NCBI GenBank assembly: GCA_041242255.1
Contig: JBESAV010000001.1
Coordinates: 128,001 to 192,000 of the forward strand
DNA from: Candidatus Altimarinota bacterium
Lineage (GTDB): Bacteria; Patescibacteriota; Gracilibacteria; UBA1369; GCA-2718715
Direction: 5' to 3'
DNA: 64,000 bases
Numbering within the stretch: position 1 is the stretch's first letter; each line of letters starts with the position of its first letter. Of this stretch, positions 1-9,387 are shown piece by piece. A program made the translations under genes and the position numbers. The notes beneath the pieces are model-generated. The model was not told the origin of the DNA, ran no database searches, and saw nothing but the letters and a program-made list of their open reading frames with translations.

Positions 1-206
1 ATCCCATGAATCATTGAAGAATCATGCGGGATCTCAATCGCAGGTTGAATCAGCTGATCCTCTCTAAAAATTTCTTTCAAATTTCCATTTTCAAAGTTGT
101 ACTCATAAACAATCCCAGCAAACTGAACCACATAAGGCTGCTCTTCTAAGCTAAGACTTGCAGAGGGAAATCCAGTTGTTTCAGTATCAAAGACTATAAT
201 TTTCAT
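1..206 (-). CDS. DEDDh 3'-5' exonuclease (DnaQ/Pol III epsilon-like), runs off the window edge
   Basis: Not in the ORF track; hand translation from ATG at 206 gives MKIIVFDTETTGFPSASLSLEEQPYVVQFAG...IQPAIEIPHDSSMIHG, with the ExoI DxETTG motif and IHG motif. Confidence 0.88.
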   Translation of the reverse strand, partial: MKIIVFDTETTGFPSASLSLEEQPYVVQFAGIVYEYNFENGNLKEIFREDQLIQPAIEIPHDSSMIHG

Positions 207-264
207 CTCAATTTGTTAGCAGACTGCATTATACACCGACCTACAAAAAATCAAATTGACAAAA

Positions 265-726
265 CTACCTCTGATAATACTCAAAAATGCCAGTTGCTTC
301 CATCGATTCTTCGACATCTTTTTCCAAATCACCAGCTCCTTCTCTTCCCGAAAACTCAAAGCTTTCAGAAGCTGTTTTTTCATAATTACTAAAATAAATT
401 TCAATCTCTTCATTTGAAAAACCATCCCAAAAGTCATTTTCAACTTTATCTTCAGATAAATCTTCTGCCACTATTTGCGGAAATCTTCTTTGAACATCAT
501 CATTATCTGCTTCATGAAATGAAGCTGGATTTTCAGTTCCAAACTCCGCCATATATCTTTTTCTAATTTCACTTCTTTTTATTTCTCTTTGAGTTTCTAT
601 ACATCTTTCACTAACTTCTTTTGCAAAACGAACTACTGAATTCTCCTCTAATCCTCGTTCATAGTCATCATTTGCTACTGAAGATTCCACTTCTAAAACG
701 TCATTTAGACTATCCATAGTACCCAA
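265..726 (-). CDS. hypothetical acidic protein
   Basis: 153-aa ORF, no recognisable motif. Confidence 0.6.
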   Translation of the reverse strand: MGTMDSLNDVLEVESSVANDDYERGLEENSVVRFAKEVSERCIETQREIKRSEIRKRYMAEFGTENPASFHEADNDDVQRRFPQIVAEDLSEDKVENDFWDGFSNEEIEIYFSNYEKTASESFEFSGREGAGDLEKDVEESMEATGIFEYYQR

Positions 727-793
727 ACATTAAATAACACAATCAATATATAGCAAACACTGAATGCCATAAACAAATTTCTCGGCTACACAT

Positions 794-822
794 TTGCACA
801 AATCCAATATCAGTGCTATAAT
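794..822 (+). promoter_or_regulatory. sigma70 promoter (TTGCAC-17bp-TATAAT, extended -10 TG)
   Basis: ttgcac 794-799, tgc-tataat ending 822, just upstream of ATG 844. Confidence 0.7.
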
Positions 823-843
823 AATATGATTTAATAGTAACAA

Positions 844-1209
844 ATGAATACAAAAAAATTCCTAATTGCTTTGCTTATTGCGATCATTAGCATCCCAACT
901 CTAGCAAGCGCCCAAGATCAACCACCTGGTCTTCCAGCAGTTGACTTCGGAGATGAAGAAGTTCCTGAGTTTGAAACAGATCAAACCCAAGAACCTGAAG
1001 AAGAGGAAATCGGATCCCCTCCTAGTCTAGAAATCGACACAGGAACACCAGAACCAGAACCAGACCCAACACCCGCTCCACCGGAGCCAGAGCCAGAACC
1101 TCAACCGGACCCAACACCTGCACCAGTTCTACCAGATACTGGACCAGGAGCACTACTAAGTTTGATACCAGCTCTAGGATACACAATCACAAGAAAACTA
1201 AATAAATAG
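844..1209 (+). CDS. small secreted Pro/Glu-rich protein with C-terminal LPDTG-type tail
   Basis: Signal peptide (ASA-Q), PEPEPDPTPAP repeats, LPDTGP + hydrophobic stretch + RKLNK. Confidence 0.8.
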   Translation: MNTKKFLIALLIAIISIPTLASAQDQPPGLPAVDFGDEEVPEFETDQTQEPEEEEIGSPPSLEIDTGTPEPEPDPTPAPPEPEPEPQPDPTPAPVLPDTGPGALLSLIPALGYTITRKLNK

Positions 1210-1217
1210 ACCAACAC

Positions 1218-1246
1218 AAACACCTCCAACACTGGAGGTGTTTTTT
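1218..1246 (+). terminator. intrinsic terminator
   Basis: cacctcc-aacact-ggaggtg followed by T-run. Confidence 0.8.
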
Positions 1247-1467
1247 GTATCTTAAATAAAACTCCAACCCCTCTCTCATCCAAACGCCCCAACAAACATC
1301 AATTACACAAAACCTTTATAGGACAAAGATAAGCAAGCAGAACAAGCAAAACCAAAATACATTACTTAAGTATCAAACACTAAGACCACCAGGAGTAACC
1401 ACACACAACCTCAATAAATAACTCTATAAGCTAACCAAGCAAACTCACAAATAAACTTATTAAGCAC

Positions 1468-1498
1468 TAAAAAAAGCCCTCATACGAGGGCCTTTTAG
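1468..1498 (-). terminator. intrinsic terminator of the 1521..3911 gene
   Basis: A-run + gccctc-atac-gagggc hairpin on + strand. Confidence 0.75.
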
Positions 1499-1520
1499 TA
1501 CGCACACACTGTAACATCAA

Positions 1521-3911
1521 CTACTGTCTCTTCTTAGTAGTTATACCATTAAGGTCGTTACCGTTCATCCAGAATACTCCATCAGCAATTGTAAGCTCAG
1601 GGTCATCAAACCCTCTGATAGGATTAAATCCAGACTTTTCGTCCTCCAGGCTGAAGAATACTCCAATTCGATTATCACTTCCAAGCACCATGTGAGCAGT
1701 TGCATAATTAGCAGTATTACCCTCACCAATAGCATCTCTTACAAACACCATGCTCGAATCTACCTCATATATCTTACCAACCTGCATAACTTCAATCACA
1801 TAACTACCAGTTGAATCATACGAAGCAACTTCCCATAGACCAGCACAAGTATCGATATCAACTAACAACTCCAATTCAGAGGCTCTTAACTCATTTGAAT
1901 CAGATGCATTTGCAACCTCTGAAGAAAGAGTTTCCGAACCACTTACCCACTCAACATCTGCTGAAGCAAGTTGCTTACTTAAACAAAAGTCTTCATTCGT
2001 CTGTACTTGAGTATCTCCATTATAACTTTGGAAAGTATCTGATTGCTCAAATCCTCCACTATAAAAATTTGGCTCGGTTTCAGCTGTTGCTGAATCGTAT
2101 TGAACAGTTGAACTTGAAGTCGTAGTGCTTTCTTCTGTCTGATTTGGCTCCACTAAACTCGCAGACTCCATTGCTGGGCTTTCAACTTCACCTGAAAAAG
2201 CTAATTTCTCCAAAGCTCTACCAAATGGCAAACTTTCAACTGGTACAGCTTGTACAAGTACTCCACATACCGCTACATCAACACAGGCTCCAAAACCACT
2301 TCCACATTCTGCTGGAAGATAAGGTGGTTGCTCTAAGTATGATTCTTCAAACGTAAGCTGTTCAACATATCTTCTAAGACTCTCCCAGATGCTCTCATAA
2401 GCAGCTCTTCTAGCATCATCCCCTTCTGAAGCAATCTCTGCCTCAACTTTTTCAATTACAGTATTCTTAGCTTGATCAAATAAGTTATCATTTACTCTAT
2501 ATTCCTGATACACCATTTCTTTAAGAGTGTTTTGTAAATGCTGAGCGTAAGCAATACTTACATCCACACATCTATTATTCCATTCATAAGTGATTCCAGC
2601 TTCAGAATTAGCAGTTAAATCACCATCACTCACCTGAGTACCTACCATAAACGTAACATCAGATGGATTAGTTCCACTTAAGTTTAAATCTTTATAAGTA
2701 AGACTTGTAGAATTCGCCACAACATCATTCCCACTCAAGCTTAAACTAAACTGATTGTTGTTTACAGCAGTCAAAGTCAAAGCATCGTTTTCAGCATCCA
2801 ATACTCCAAAACTTCTTTCCTGAGGAAGCATAACCACCTCATTCATAAATGTCTCAATTGGAGTAAGCCTTCCTTCAGACCTAGCAAGCTTAATAGCTTC
2901 ATCAACCCTACTATCAATGTTAACAGTTACATCATTGGGAGTAAGTTCTGGTGGAGTATTAACAGGAGCTGAATATTCATCTCCAACATACACCCATAGA
3001 TCTTGTTTTCCTCCATCGTAACTAGCATCAAAATCAAATATCTCTGCTGACTTAATTCCACCATTGTAGTAATCCACCAACCTATTTTCAGTTAGCGTAT
3101 AAAGCATCTGATTAGCATTTCTTGTCATAGCAGGATCAACAGTTCTATCAATTTGATTAATAACAGTTGTATCCCAAATCGCTTTAACCTCATCATATCC
3201 AGAGAAGAACCCTAACAATGCATCAGGAGCATCAATATCAACAGTCATCATATTCCAGCTGTTTGCCACAATACCTCTCTCATCTGTAGAACAATCTGCA
3301 GTTCCAGTATTGATACTATCAAAGAAGTTTTGATCAAAAGCAATCTTTGATCTTTCAGCAGCATCCCAACCATTGGCTGTACCAAAACCATTTGCATTGT
3401 TATGGTCGTCAGCAATCTTAATCACAAAATAAGTCTCACATGACCTTAACGTATCAGAAGCATCTAGTAGCTGAGCACCTAAATAATTTTTATTTGGATA
3501 AAGATTCCAACCACCTTCAGTCGGCCTATATGTACCCAGTACATATCCACTTAACCCATCATCTACCAATAAATCTTCAGCAACTCTATCCACTGTCACA
3601 GTCGCCACATTTCTAGGCGCCGTAAAAAGCAAGAAGTTACTCGGTGTCTTAGTCTGGTATTGTAGAAGGTAAGCCCCTTGTTCATTATCAGCAACATTAG
3701 CTGAAGCAAGAGATCCACTCTCAAAATCATTTTCAACTCTAAAGTACCTATCCCCTTCAGCAGTTAAAGTACCACTTAAAGCAGGATTTTCTTCAAGAAC
3801 CGGAGGACCAGCTTCAAAGCTAGTATCACTTCCCATTCCTAGATAAGCTATAACCCCAAGTACAACTACCATAGCTGAACCCAAAGCAATATACATTTGT
3901 TTTTTCGTCAT
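1521..3911 (-). CDS. membrane-anchored surface protein, paralog A (shared N-terminal module + cadherin/Ig-like region)
   Basis: N-terminal TM helix; GPPVL..LSG, YPNK, SWNMM, KAIW, LWVYVG motifs shared with the 7.0-16.9 kb paralogs; NTPPEL..DAENDALTL..VSDG cadherin-like segment. Confidence 0.8.
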   Translation of the reverse strand: MTKKQMYIALGSAMVVVLGVIAYLGMGSDTSFEAGPPVLEENPALSGTLTAEGDRYFRVENDFESGSLASANVADNEQGAYLLQYQTKTPSNFLLFTAPRNVATVTVDRVAEDLLVDDGLSGYVLGTYRPTEGGWNLYPNKNYLGAQLLDASDTLRSCETYFVIKIADDHNNANGFGTANGWDAAERSKIAFDQNFFDSINTGTADCSTDERGIVANSWNMMTVDIDAPDALLGFFSGYDEVKAIWDTTVINQIDRTVDPAMTRNANQMLYTLTENRLVDYYNGGIKSAEIFDFDASYDGGKQDLWVYVGDEYSAPVNTPPELTPNDVTVNIDSRVDEAIKLARSEGRLTPIETFMNEVVMLPQERSFGVLDAENDALTLTAVNNNQFSLSLSGNDVVANSTSLTYKDLNLSGTNPSDVTFMVGTQVSDGDLTANSEAGITYEWNNRCVDVSIAYAQHLQNTLKEMVYQEYRVNDNLFDQAKNTVIEKVEAEIASEGDDARRAAYESIWESLRRYVEQLTFEESYLEQPPYLPAECGSGFGACVDVAVCGVLVQAVPVESLPFGRALEKLAFSGEVESPAMESASLVEPNQTEESTTTSSSTVQYDSATAETEPNFYSGGFEQSDTFQSYNGDTQVQTNEDFCLSKQLASADVEWVSGSETLSSEVANASDSNELRASELELLVDIDTCAGLWEVASYDSTGSYVIEVMQVGKIYEVDSSMVFVRDAIGEGNTANYATAHMVLGSDNRIGVFFSLEDEKSGFNPIRGFDDPELTIADGVFWMNGNDLNGITTKKRQ

Positions 3912-3968
3912 GTGTTTTGATTAAAATTATCTAATAATCATAACACAAATCCCTCACAAAAAACAGCT

Positions 3969-4871
3969 TTAACTCTGACAAGTTTCACAAAATACGGTAG
4001 TCCTACCAGCGACTTTCTCCTTCTCCAAAACATTCCCACAAACCAAACATTCCATCCCTCCTCTATTGTAAACTTTATGCTCCTCCACAAAAGTACCTCT
4101 TGAACCATCTCCAAGCACATAATTAGCCACTGAAGACCCTCCAGCCTTTATAGCTGCAGGAATTATACGAACTATAGCTTCATACAAAAGCTCCAGCTCC
4201 TGATCATTCAAAGATTCGATCCTCCTATCAGGTCTAACCCCAGCCTCAAAACAAACCTCATCACAGTAAATATTTCCCAAACCTACCACCACTTTCTGAT
4301 TTAAAAACAAATGCTTCAAAATACCTCTTCTTTCCTTCATATCTTTTTTAAAAGCTTCCATCGTAAACTCATCATCAGTCGGCTCATAACCCAAACCATC
4401 AAAATGCCCAAGATCATGTACCACAGAAATACTCGGATAATAAAGTAAATATCCAAACATACGAGTATCATTATAATACAAGACCCCATCATTTAAACTA
4501 AAAATCACATGCGTATGCTTATTGGGCAAATCATCTTCCCCTACCGAATTCTTAATCGGATGACCTCCATACGCCAAATTATCTTCAGAATCTCTATAAA
4601 CAAGCTGACCAGTCATCTTCAAATGAATCAATACAATCTTCCCAGACTTAAACTCTATGATAATATTCTTAGCTCTTCTTGATATACCAGAAATCACCTC
4701 ACCTTCAATCTCCCCAATAAACTCATCTACTTTTTCTTGATCCTCTTCCCTCTTAGTTCCATTCCCTGACACTAACTTTGGTTTATTCACCACTACTTTT
4801 TCAACTTTCTTCCCCAACAAAAAAGGCTCTAGACTCGCACGGACACTTTCAACTTCAGGTAATTCAGGCAT
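3969..4871 (-). CDS. mutM: formamidopyrimidine-DNA glycosylase
   Basis: MPELPEVE start, HLKMTG, GLGNIYCDE H2TH motif, C-terminal CxxC..CxxCQ zinc finger. Confidence 0.96.
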   Translation of the reverse strand: MPELPEVESVRASLEPFLLGKKVEKVVVNKPKLVSGNGTKREEDQEKVDEFIGEIEGEVISGISRRAKNIIIEFKSGKIVLIHLKMTGQLVYRDSEDNLAYGGHPIKNSVGEDDLPNKHTHVIFSLNDGVLYYNDTRMFGYLLYYPSISVVHDLGHFDGLGYEPTDDEFTMEAFKKDMKERRGILKHLFLNQKVVVGLGNIYCDEVCFEAGVRPDRRIESLNDQELELLYEAIVRIIPAAIKAGGSSVANYVLGDGSRGTFVEEHKVYNRGGMECLVCGNVLEKEKVAGRTTVFCETCQS

Positions 4872-4991
4872 TTTAAACGTTACATATTACAAAATATTCA
4901 TAGCAACCTCGCAACACCATCAACTTCATTAACACCCCAATTCTTGCTAATTAATAAGATACAGTCAAGTTCAGATAATTAACTAATCAAC

Positions 4992-5657
4992 ATGAATAGA
5001 AATTACCAAATCTTCCTAATTGCCATAGTAGCCGTATTTACACTAACCAGTTGTTCAGTAGAAAGAGAAACAGTTCAAACAACAGATGCTGAAGAAAACC
5101 AAACTGAAACAAACCTAGAGTCAGCAGAATCAATCGAGCTAAACGCAGATGAAAGCTTAATCACTTGGAACGGATACAAAGCTATAATTGATACAGAACA
5201 TGAAGGAACTATCAAACTATCAGATGGAGAATTCTTAGTTGAAGACGGAGAGCTAGTTGGAGGTAACTTCACTATCGACACAACAACTGTCGACAACAAA
5301 GACCTAGATGGAGGAATGAAAGAAGGTCTTCTAAACCACCTAAACTCAGAAGAAATGCTTGATACATCAAACTTCCCTACTGGTAGCTTCGAAATCACTA
5401 AAGTTATGCCTATCCAAGAAAACGGTTTCACTCATCAAATTTCCGGAAACCTCACACTAAAAGACACAACTAAAAACATTACCTTCAAATCTAACATATC
5501 AGGCCTAGACTCTGAAGAAATCACTGCAACAGCCGACTTCAATATAGACAGACAACTCTGGAATATAGGTCACTCTGATGAACAATCAGTAGTCGACTCT
5601 CTCAAAGACAACGCACTAAAAAACGAAGTAAGAATCCGCCTAGACCTTCAATCATAA
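4992..5657 (+). CDS. YceI family lipoprotein
   Basis: Lipobox LTSC; S-x-I-x-W-x-G, HxG, L-x-x-HL-x-S, GNLTLK, FNIDR YceI motifs. Confidence 0.85.
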   Translation: MNRNYQIFLIAIVAVFTLTSCSVERETVQTTDAEENQTETNLESAESIELNADESLITWNGYKAIIDTEHEGTIKLSDGEFLVEDGELVGGNFTIDTTTVDNKDLDGGMKEGLLNHLNSEEMLDTSNFPTGSFEITKVMPIQENGFTHQISGNLTLKDTTKNITFKSNISGLDSEEITATADFNIDRQLWNIGHSDEQSVVDSLKDNALKNEVRIRLDLQS

Positions 5658-5667
5658 AAAACACTCA

Positions 5668-5697
5668 AGGCTCACTTATCCAAAGTGGGCTTTTTTA
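5668..5697. terminator. terminator between convergent genes
   Basis: gctcactt..aagtgggc hairpin followed by T-run. Confidence 0.65.
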
Positions 5698-5711
5698 GTA
5701 CAAAATTCTAA

Positions 5712-6929
5712 CTAAAACCAAAGATTTGCTAAACTCAAGAAAGCAATAAAACCAAGTACATCAGTCGCCGTCGTGATAAAGATAGTCGCCGAAGTCGCAG
5801 GATCTTTCCCAAACCTCTTCATAAAGTATGGAACCATAGTTCCAAAAAATGATGAAACAAAAAGATTAAACAAAACCGCAACACCAACAACAACACCAAT
5901 TCTAAAATCTCCATTGAACACTCCTGCAATCAAAGCCACGATCGAACCAGTCAAAAGACCATTCATCCCACCAGCAATAGCTTCATTCTTCCAAATACTA
6001 AAAAGTTTACTAGCCGTCACATTTTCAACACCTTCTATACTTAAAGTTCTAACCATCACCGCAAGGGTTTGAGTTGCTGCATTACCACCCATTCCGCTCA
6101 CTACTGGTATAAAACTAGCCAAAAGTACCTCTCTTGAAAGTACATCACCAAGTACAGCTACCACACCAGCGGCCATAAAAGTAGTACCTAGATTTATCAA
6201 TAGCCACTTATATCGTAGCCTAAATTTTTTACTAAATTTATCTTCTGCTCTCTCCTCATCATCTACCCCTGCAAAATCATACAGAGCCTCCGCAGCTTTG
6301 TTTTCCAGGATATTCAAAAGTGCGTCCACATACAAAACTCCAATCACTCTCTGCTTATCATCAATTACCACTGCCTTCTCTGACACAGATCCATCACCTT
6401 TAAACTTAGCTACAATATCTTTCTTCTTCATCCTATAATCAATCCTAGGAATATTTCTCATATAATCCATCATCACATTTCCCACAATCAGCTTTGGATC
6501 CTCCACCAATGATAAAACATGCCCAGGCAAACTCCCCAGAACCTTACCTTTTCTCATTACTAAAATAGTTGGAAACCTCCCGACTCTCTGCTCATGAATT
6601 TTCACTTTACCAATTAAACTTCCCATTTCATCAGCAATATCAACCTCCACATAGTTAAAGTCCATCAAATGCTCAACCAAAGTCATTTCCACATCATGCA
6701 AAATATCACTTTTCTTTTCTAAACTATCATTAAATCTTCGAACAATCCTAGCTCTCCTAGATATAGGAAGCAAACATAAAAGCCCCATCGCCTCATCCAA
6801 ATCCAGATATTCCAAAAACTCAACCACAGACTTATCTGTCATCTGTCCCATTTTTTCAACAATCATATCCTGACTTTTCAGCCTGAGCTCAAAAGCTTGC
6901 TCTGCCGATATATGTCTAATTTTCCCCAC
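5712..6929 (-). CDS. mgtE: magnesium transporter MgtE
   Basis: CBS-like region then TM domain with GMGGNAATQT, DPATSA and TTATDVLG motifs. Confidence 0.9.
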   Translation of the reverse strand: MGKIRHISAEQAFELRLKSQDMIVEKMGQMTDKSVVEFLEYLDLDEAMGLLCLLPISRRARIVRRFNDSLEKKSDILHDVEMTLVEHLMDFNYVEVDIADEMGSLIGKVKIHEQRVGRFPTILVMRKGKVLGSLPGHVLSLVEDPKLIVGNVMMDYMRNIPRIDYRMKKKDIVAKFKGDGSVSEKAVVIDDKQRVIGVLYVDALLNILENKAAEALYDFAGVDDEERAEDKFSKKFRLRYKWLLINLGTTFMAAGVVAVLGDVLSREVLLASFIPVVSGMGGNAATQTLAVMVRTLSIEGVENVTASKLFSIWKNEAIAGGMNGLLTGSIVALIAGVFNGDFRIGVVVGVAVLFNLFVSSFFGTMVPYFMKRFGKDPATSATIFITTATDVLGFIAFLSLANLWF

Positions 6930-7009
6930 TTCAAAGTTTTACATCATATTATTATATCAAAAAAGAGCCTCCTGATAAACCCAGAAAACTCTTTTTAAAT
7001 TAGTAAAGT

Positions 7010-9292
7010 CTACCCTTGTTCTAGAATCACAGAATCATAACTTCCTTCAGTTACAACATCTCCATTCTCGTACTCAAGAGTATCTTCCATAACCTCAATC
7101 TCAAGTCTATAACCACCATTTGGATATCCAAAGTTACTTACATCTACGCTCATTCCATCACTTGCAAGCTCAACGGTTACATTAACTTCAGCTCTTTGAT
7201 TACAAGTCTGAGTATCATATCCTAAACAACTAAATACTTTCACAGCATCAGTCAATGAAGCACCACTTCTAAGTCTAATTTCTTGTCCACTCACACCTGT
7301 TTCTAGGTTGATAACATCACTTGGATTGATTTGATCATCATCTGTATCCAAAACTAAAGCCGGACCATAAGTAGTAGCAACTACTGGACCATTAAACTGA
7401 ATATTAGAATCATTCACCCTCCACTCTTCAAGCCAGTTAGTTTCCTCAACAACTCTAACTTCATACTGTCTATTATTTTCATAAACTCGACCAATCAAAG
7501 TCAAAGTAACTTCTTTAGTTGCATCATCAAAGCTCAAGTCATACTCACTAGCATCAGTTTCTTGACCACCTTCATAAAGAGCAAAATTATCTAAAATCTC
7601 GGCTTCATCTGTTTCAGAAACCAGTCTATTTGGTTGGAATACTGCATTAGCACCATCCACTTCTTTCAACGAATAAGTAATTGAAGCAAGATCAGCTACA
7701 ACTTCAAACTGGTAACTATCACCAGTTACTGTAGTTCCATCATCATAAACAAATCCAGCATCTTCAATCTCTACTTCATAAATTCCAGCTTCAAAACCAT
7801 CTCTTTTCGAGATAACTACACTTTCATCAGCCGCAACTCTTGAGTATTGAATCTCTGAGTTATTAGTAAGCTCAGTTCTACTAGAACAATTCGCATTGTC
7901 ACACTTAAATATTCTTACAACTTGCTTATCATTCTGAAAAGTAGAGGATCTATCAAATCGACCATTATCAGATAAAAAGTCAATATCATCCCCAGGCCTA
8001 GCTTCTTCATCATCAGCACTTAGAACTAAAGCCGGACCTTCAGTAGGATCAGCAGCTTCAACCTCAAAGTCTAATTCCAATTCTTGAACTTTTTCTCTTT
8101 CAAAAGTATCAAAAATTCTCAACTGATAATCTCCAGGGCTTAGCTTATCTCCTAGATCAATCTCAATATTTTTAAGATTCAAATCAACATCAGAAGAATC
8201 AAAAGCAGTTATAAACACATAGTTAGCTCCATCCTCTCTATAAATTGCTAGATCAGAATCATTATCATCTAAATCAATCTCCGAAGCATCCATATCCAAA
8301 TCTTCAGGAGTATTATCGCTACTAGATTCAAAGAACTCTAATTCTAAAGTATCTCCAACCTGTAAAGTATCATCCTTAATCTCACCAATCAAAGCAACTC
8401 TATCTACTTTACATCTTCCTTCATAATCTACATCAACACCTTCAGCTTCAGCTTTACAAGAGTTTTGGTAAGTATTTCCATCAACTCCACATACAAAAGC
8501 ATCCACATCCGAACATGATTCAGTCACGTTTCCTTTAACATAAAACCAGTAAACTTCATCATCATCTAAATCATCAAAGAAATCCCTATCAATCGGATCA
8601 TTTAAGTCTCCAGACTCAGTTAAACGTTCAGCTTCACCAGTTACATCACCTGTCCAAAAAATAACCGCTTTACCTGATATTTCAGAAAAATCTGGTTTAG
8701 GACCATAGTTCCATCCTCTTAAGGCTTTAAAGTCCCCTACTCTATCCTCAACGTAAGTCTCATATTCGTAGGCTCTACTTGTATTAAAGATCAAAGTACC
8801 ATCAAACTCATCATCAAAAATATCTAATGTATCGATATCATAATCAGATCTAAAAATCTCATTTGGATAAACGTCCCAATCTTGCTGTTCAGCATCCCAA
8901 ATAACTGACAAAGTCAGCTGATCAGTCAAACTCGTATTTTCATTTAAAAATTCAACAATTGAATCATATTCCCCATCAAACACTATCGGAGTCCAAGTTT
9001 CTCTAGCAGAACTAAAGTTTAAATCATCTTCATCAGGTAAATCCCCCGTTCTCTCAAACTGATAGAAATTACCATCCGGTGTCAAAGCACCAGACAAACT
9101 AACCTCAGGATCTATCACCAAAGTTGGTGGAGGTCCAATCTCATCAACAGTTAACTCATCATCAGCCGACCCCATAAGTTCCTCTGTTTGAGGCTCTTCC
9201 CCAAAGTTAGAACTCACAAGTATCGCAACCACACCAAGGATCACCACCAAGGCAGCAACTCCAAGACTATACTTTTTATTTTTAATCTCCAT
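7010..9292 (-). CDS. membrane-anchored surface protein, paralog B (shared module + Kazal domain + repeated Ig-like domains)
   Basis: TM helix; GPPPTLVID..LSG, YPNEI, GWNYGPKPDFS, YWFYV; Kazal VCGVDGNTYQNSC..A......YEGRC. Confidence 0.85.
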   Translation of the reverse strand: MEIKNKKYSLGVAALVVILGVVAILVSSNFGEEPQTEELMGSADDELTVDEIGPPPTLVIDPEVSLSGALTPDGNFYQFERTGDLPDEDDLNFSSARETWTPIVFDGEYDSIVEFLNENTSLTDQLTLSVIWDAEQQDWDVYPNEIFRSDYDIDTLDIFDDEFDGTLIFNTSRAYEYETYVEDRVGDFKALRGWNYGPKPDFSEISGKAVIFWTGDVTGEAERLTESGDLNDPIDRDFFDDLDDDEVYWFYVKGNVTESCSDVDAFVCGVDGNTYQNSCKAEAEGVDVDYEGRCKVDRVALIGEIKDDTLQVGDTLELEFFESSSDNTPEDLDMDASEIDLDDNDSDLAIYREDGANYVFITAFDSSDVDLNLKNIEIDLGDKLSPGDYQLRIFDTFEREKVQELELDFEVEAADPTEGPALVLSADDEEARPGDDIDFLSDNGRFDRSSTFQNDKQVVRIFKCDNANCSSRTELTNNSEIQYSRVAADESVVISKRDGFEAGIYEVEIEDAGFVYDDGTTVTGDSYQFEVVADLASITYSLKEVDGANAVFQPNRLVSETDEAEILDNFALYEGGQETDASEYDLSFDDATKEVTLTLIGRVYENNRQYEVRVVEETNWLEEWRVNDSNIQFNGPVVATTYGPALVLDTDDDQINPSDVINLETGVSGQEIRLRSGASLTDAVKVFSCLGYDTQTCNQRAEVNVTVELASDGMSVDVSNFGYPNGGYRLEIEVMEDTLEYENGDVVTEGSYDSVILEQG

Positions 9293-9338
9293 CGCTCAAA
9301 ATTAAATTTATCATATAATTATAACACAATTCTCTACA

Positions 9339-9368
9339 CAAAAAAAGAGACCCACCTGGGTCTCTTTT
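9339..9368 (-). terminator. intrinsic terminator
   Basis: aaaagagaccca-cc-tgggtctctttt perfect hairpin. Confidence 0.8.
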
Positions 9369-9387
9369 ATAGTTTACCTAAGTCCTT

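Noticed and set aside
1210-1520. ncRNA or CRISPR array in the 310-bp intergenic gap
   Set aside because: Only two terminator hairpins and A/C-rich sequence; no regularly spaced repeats or recognisable RNA
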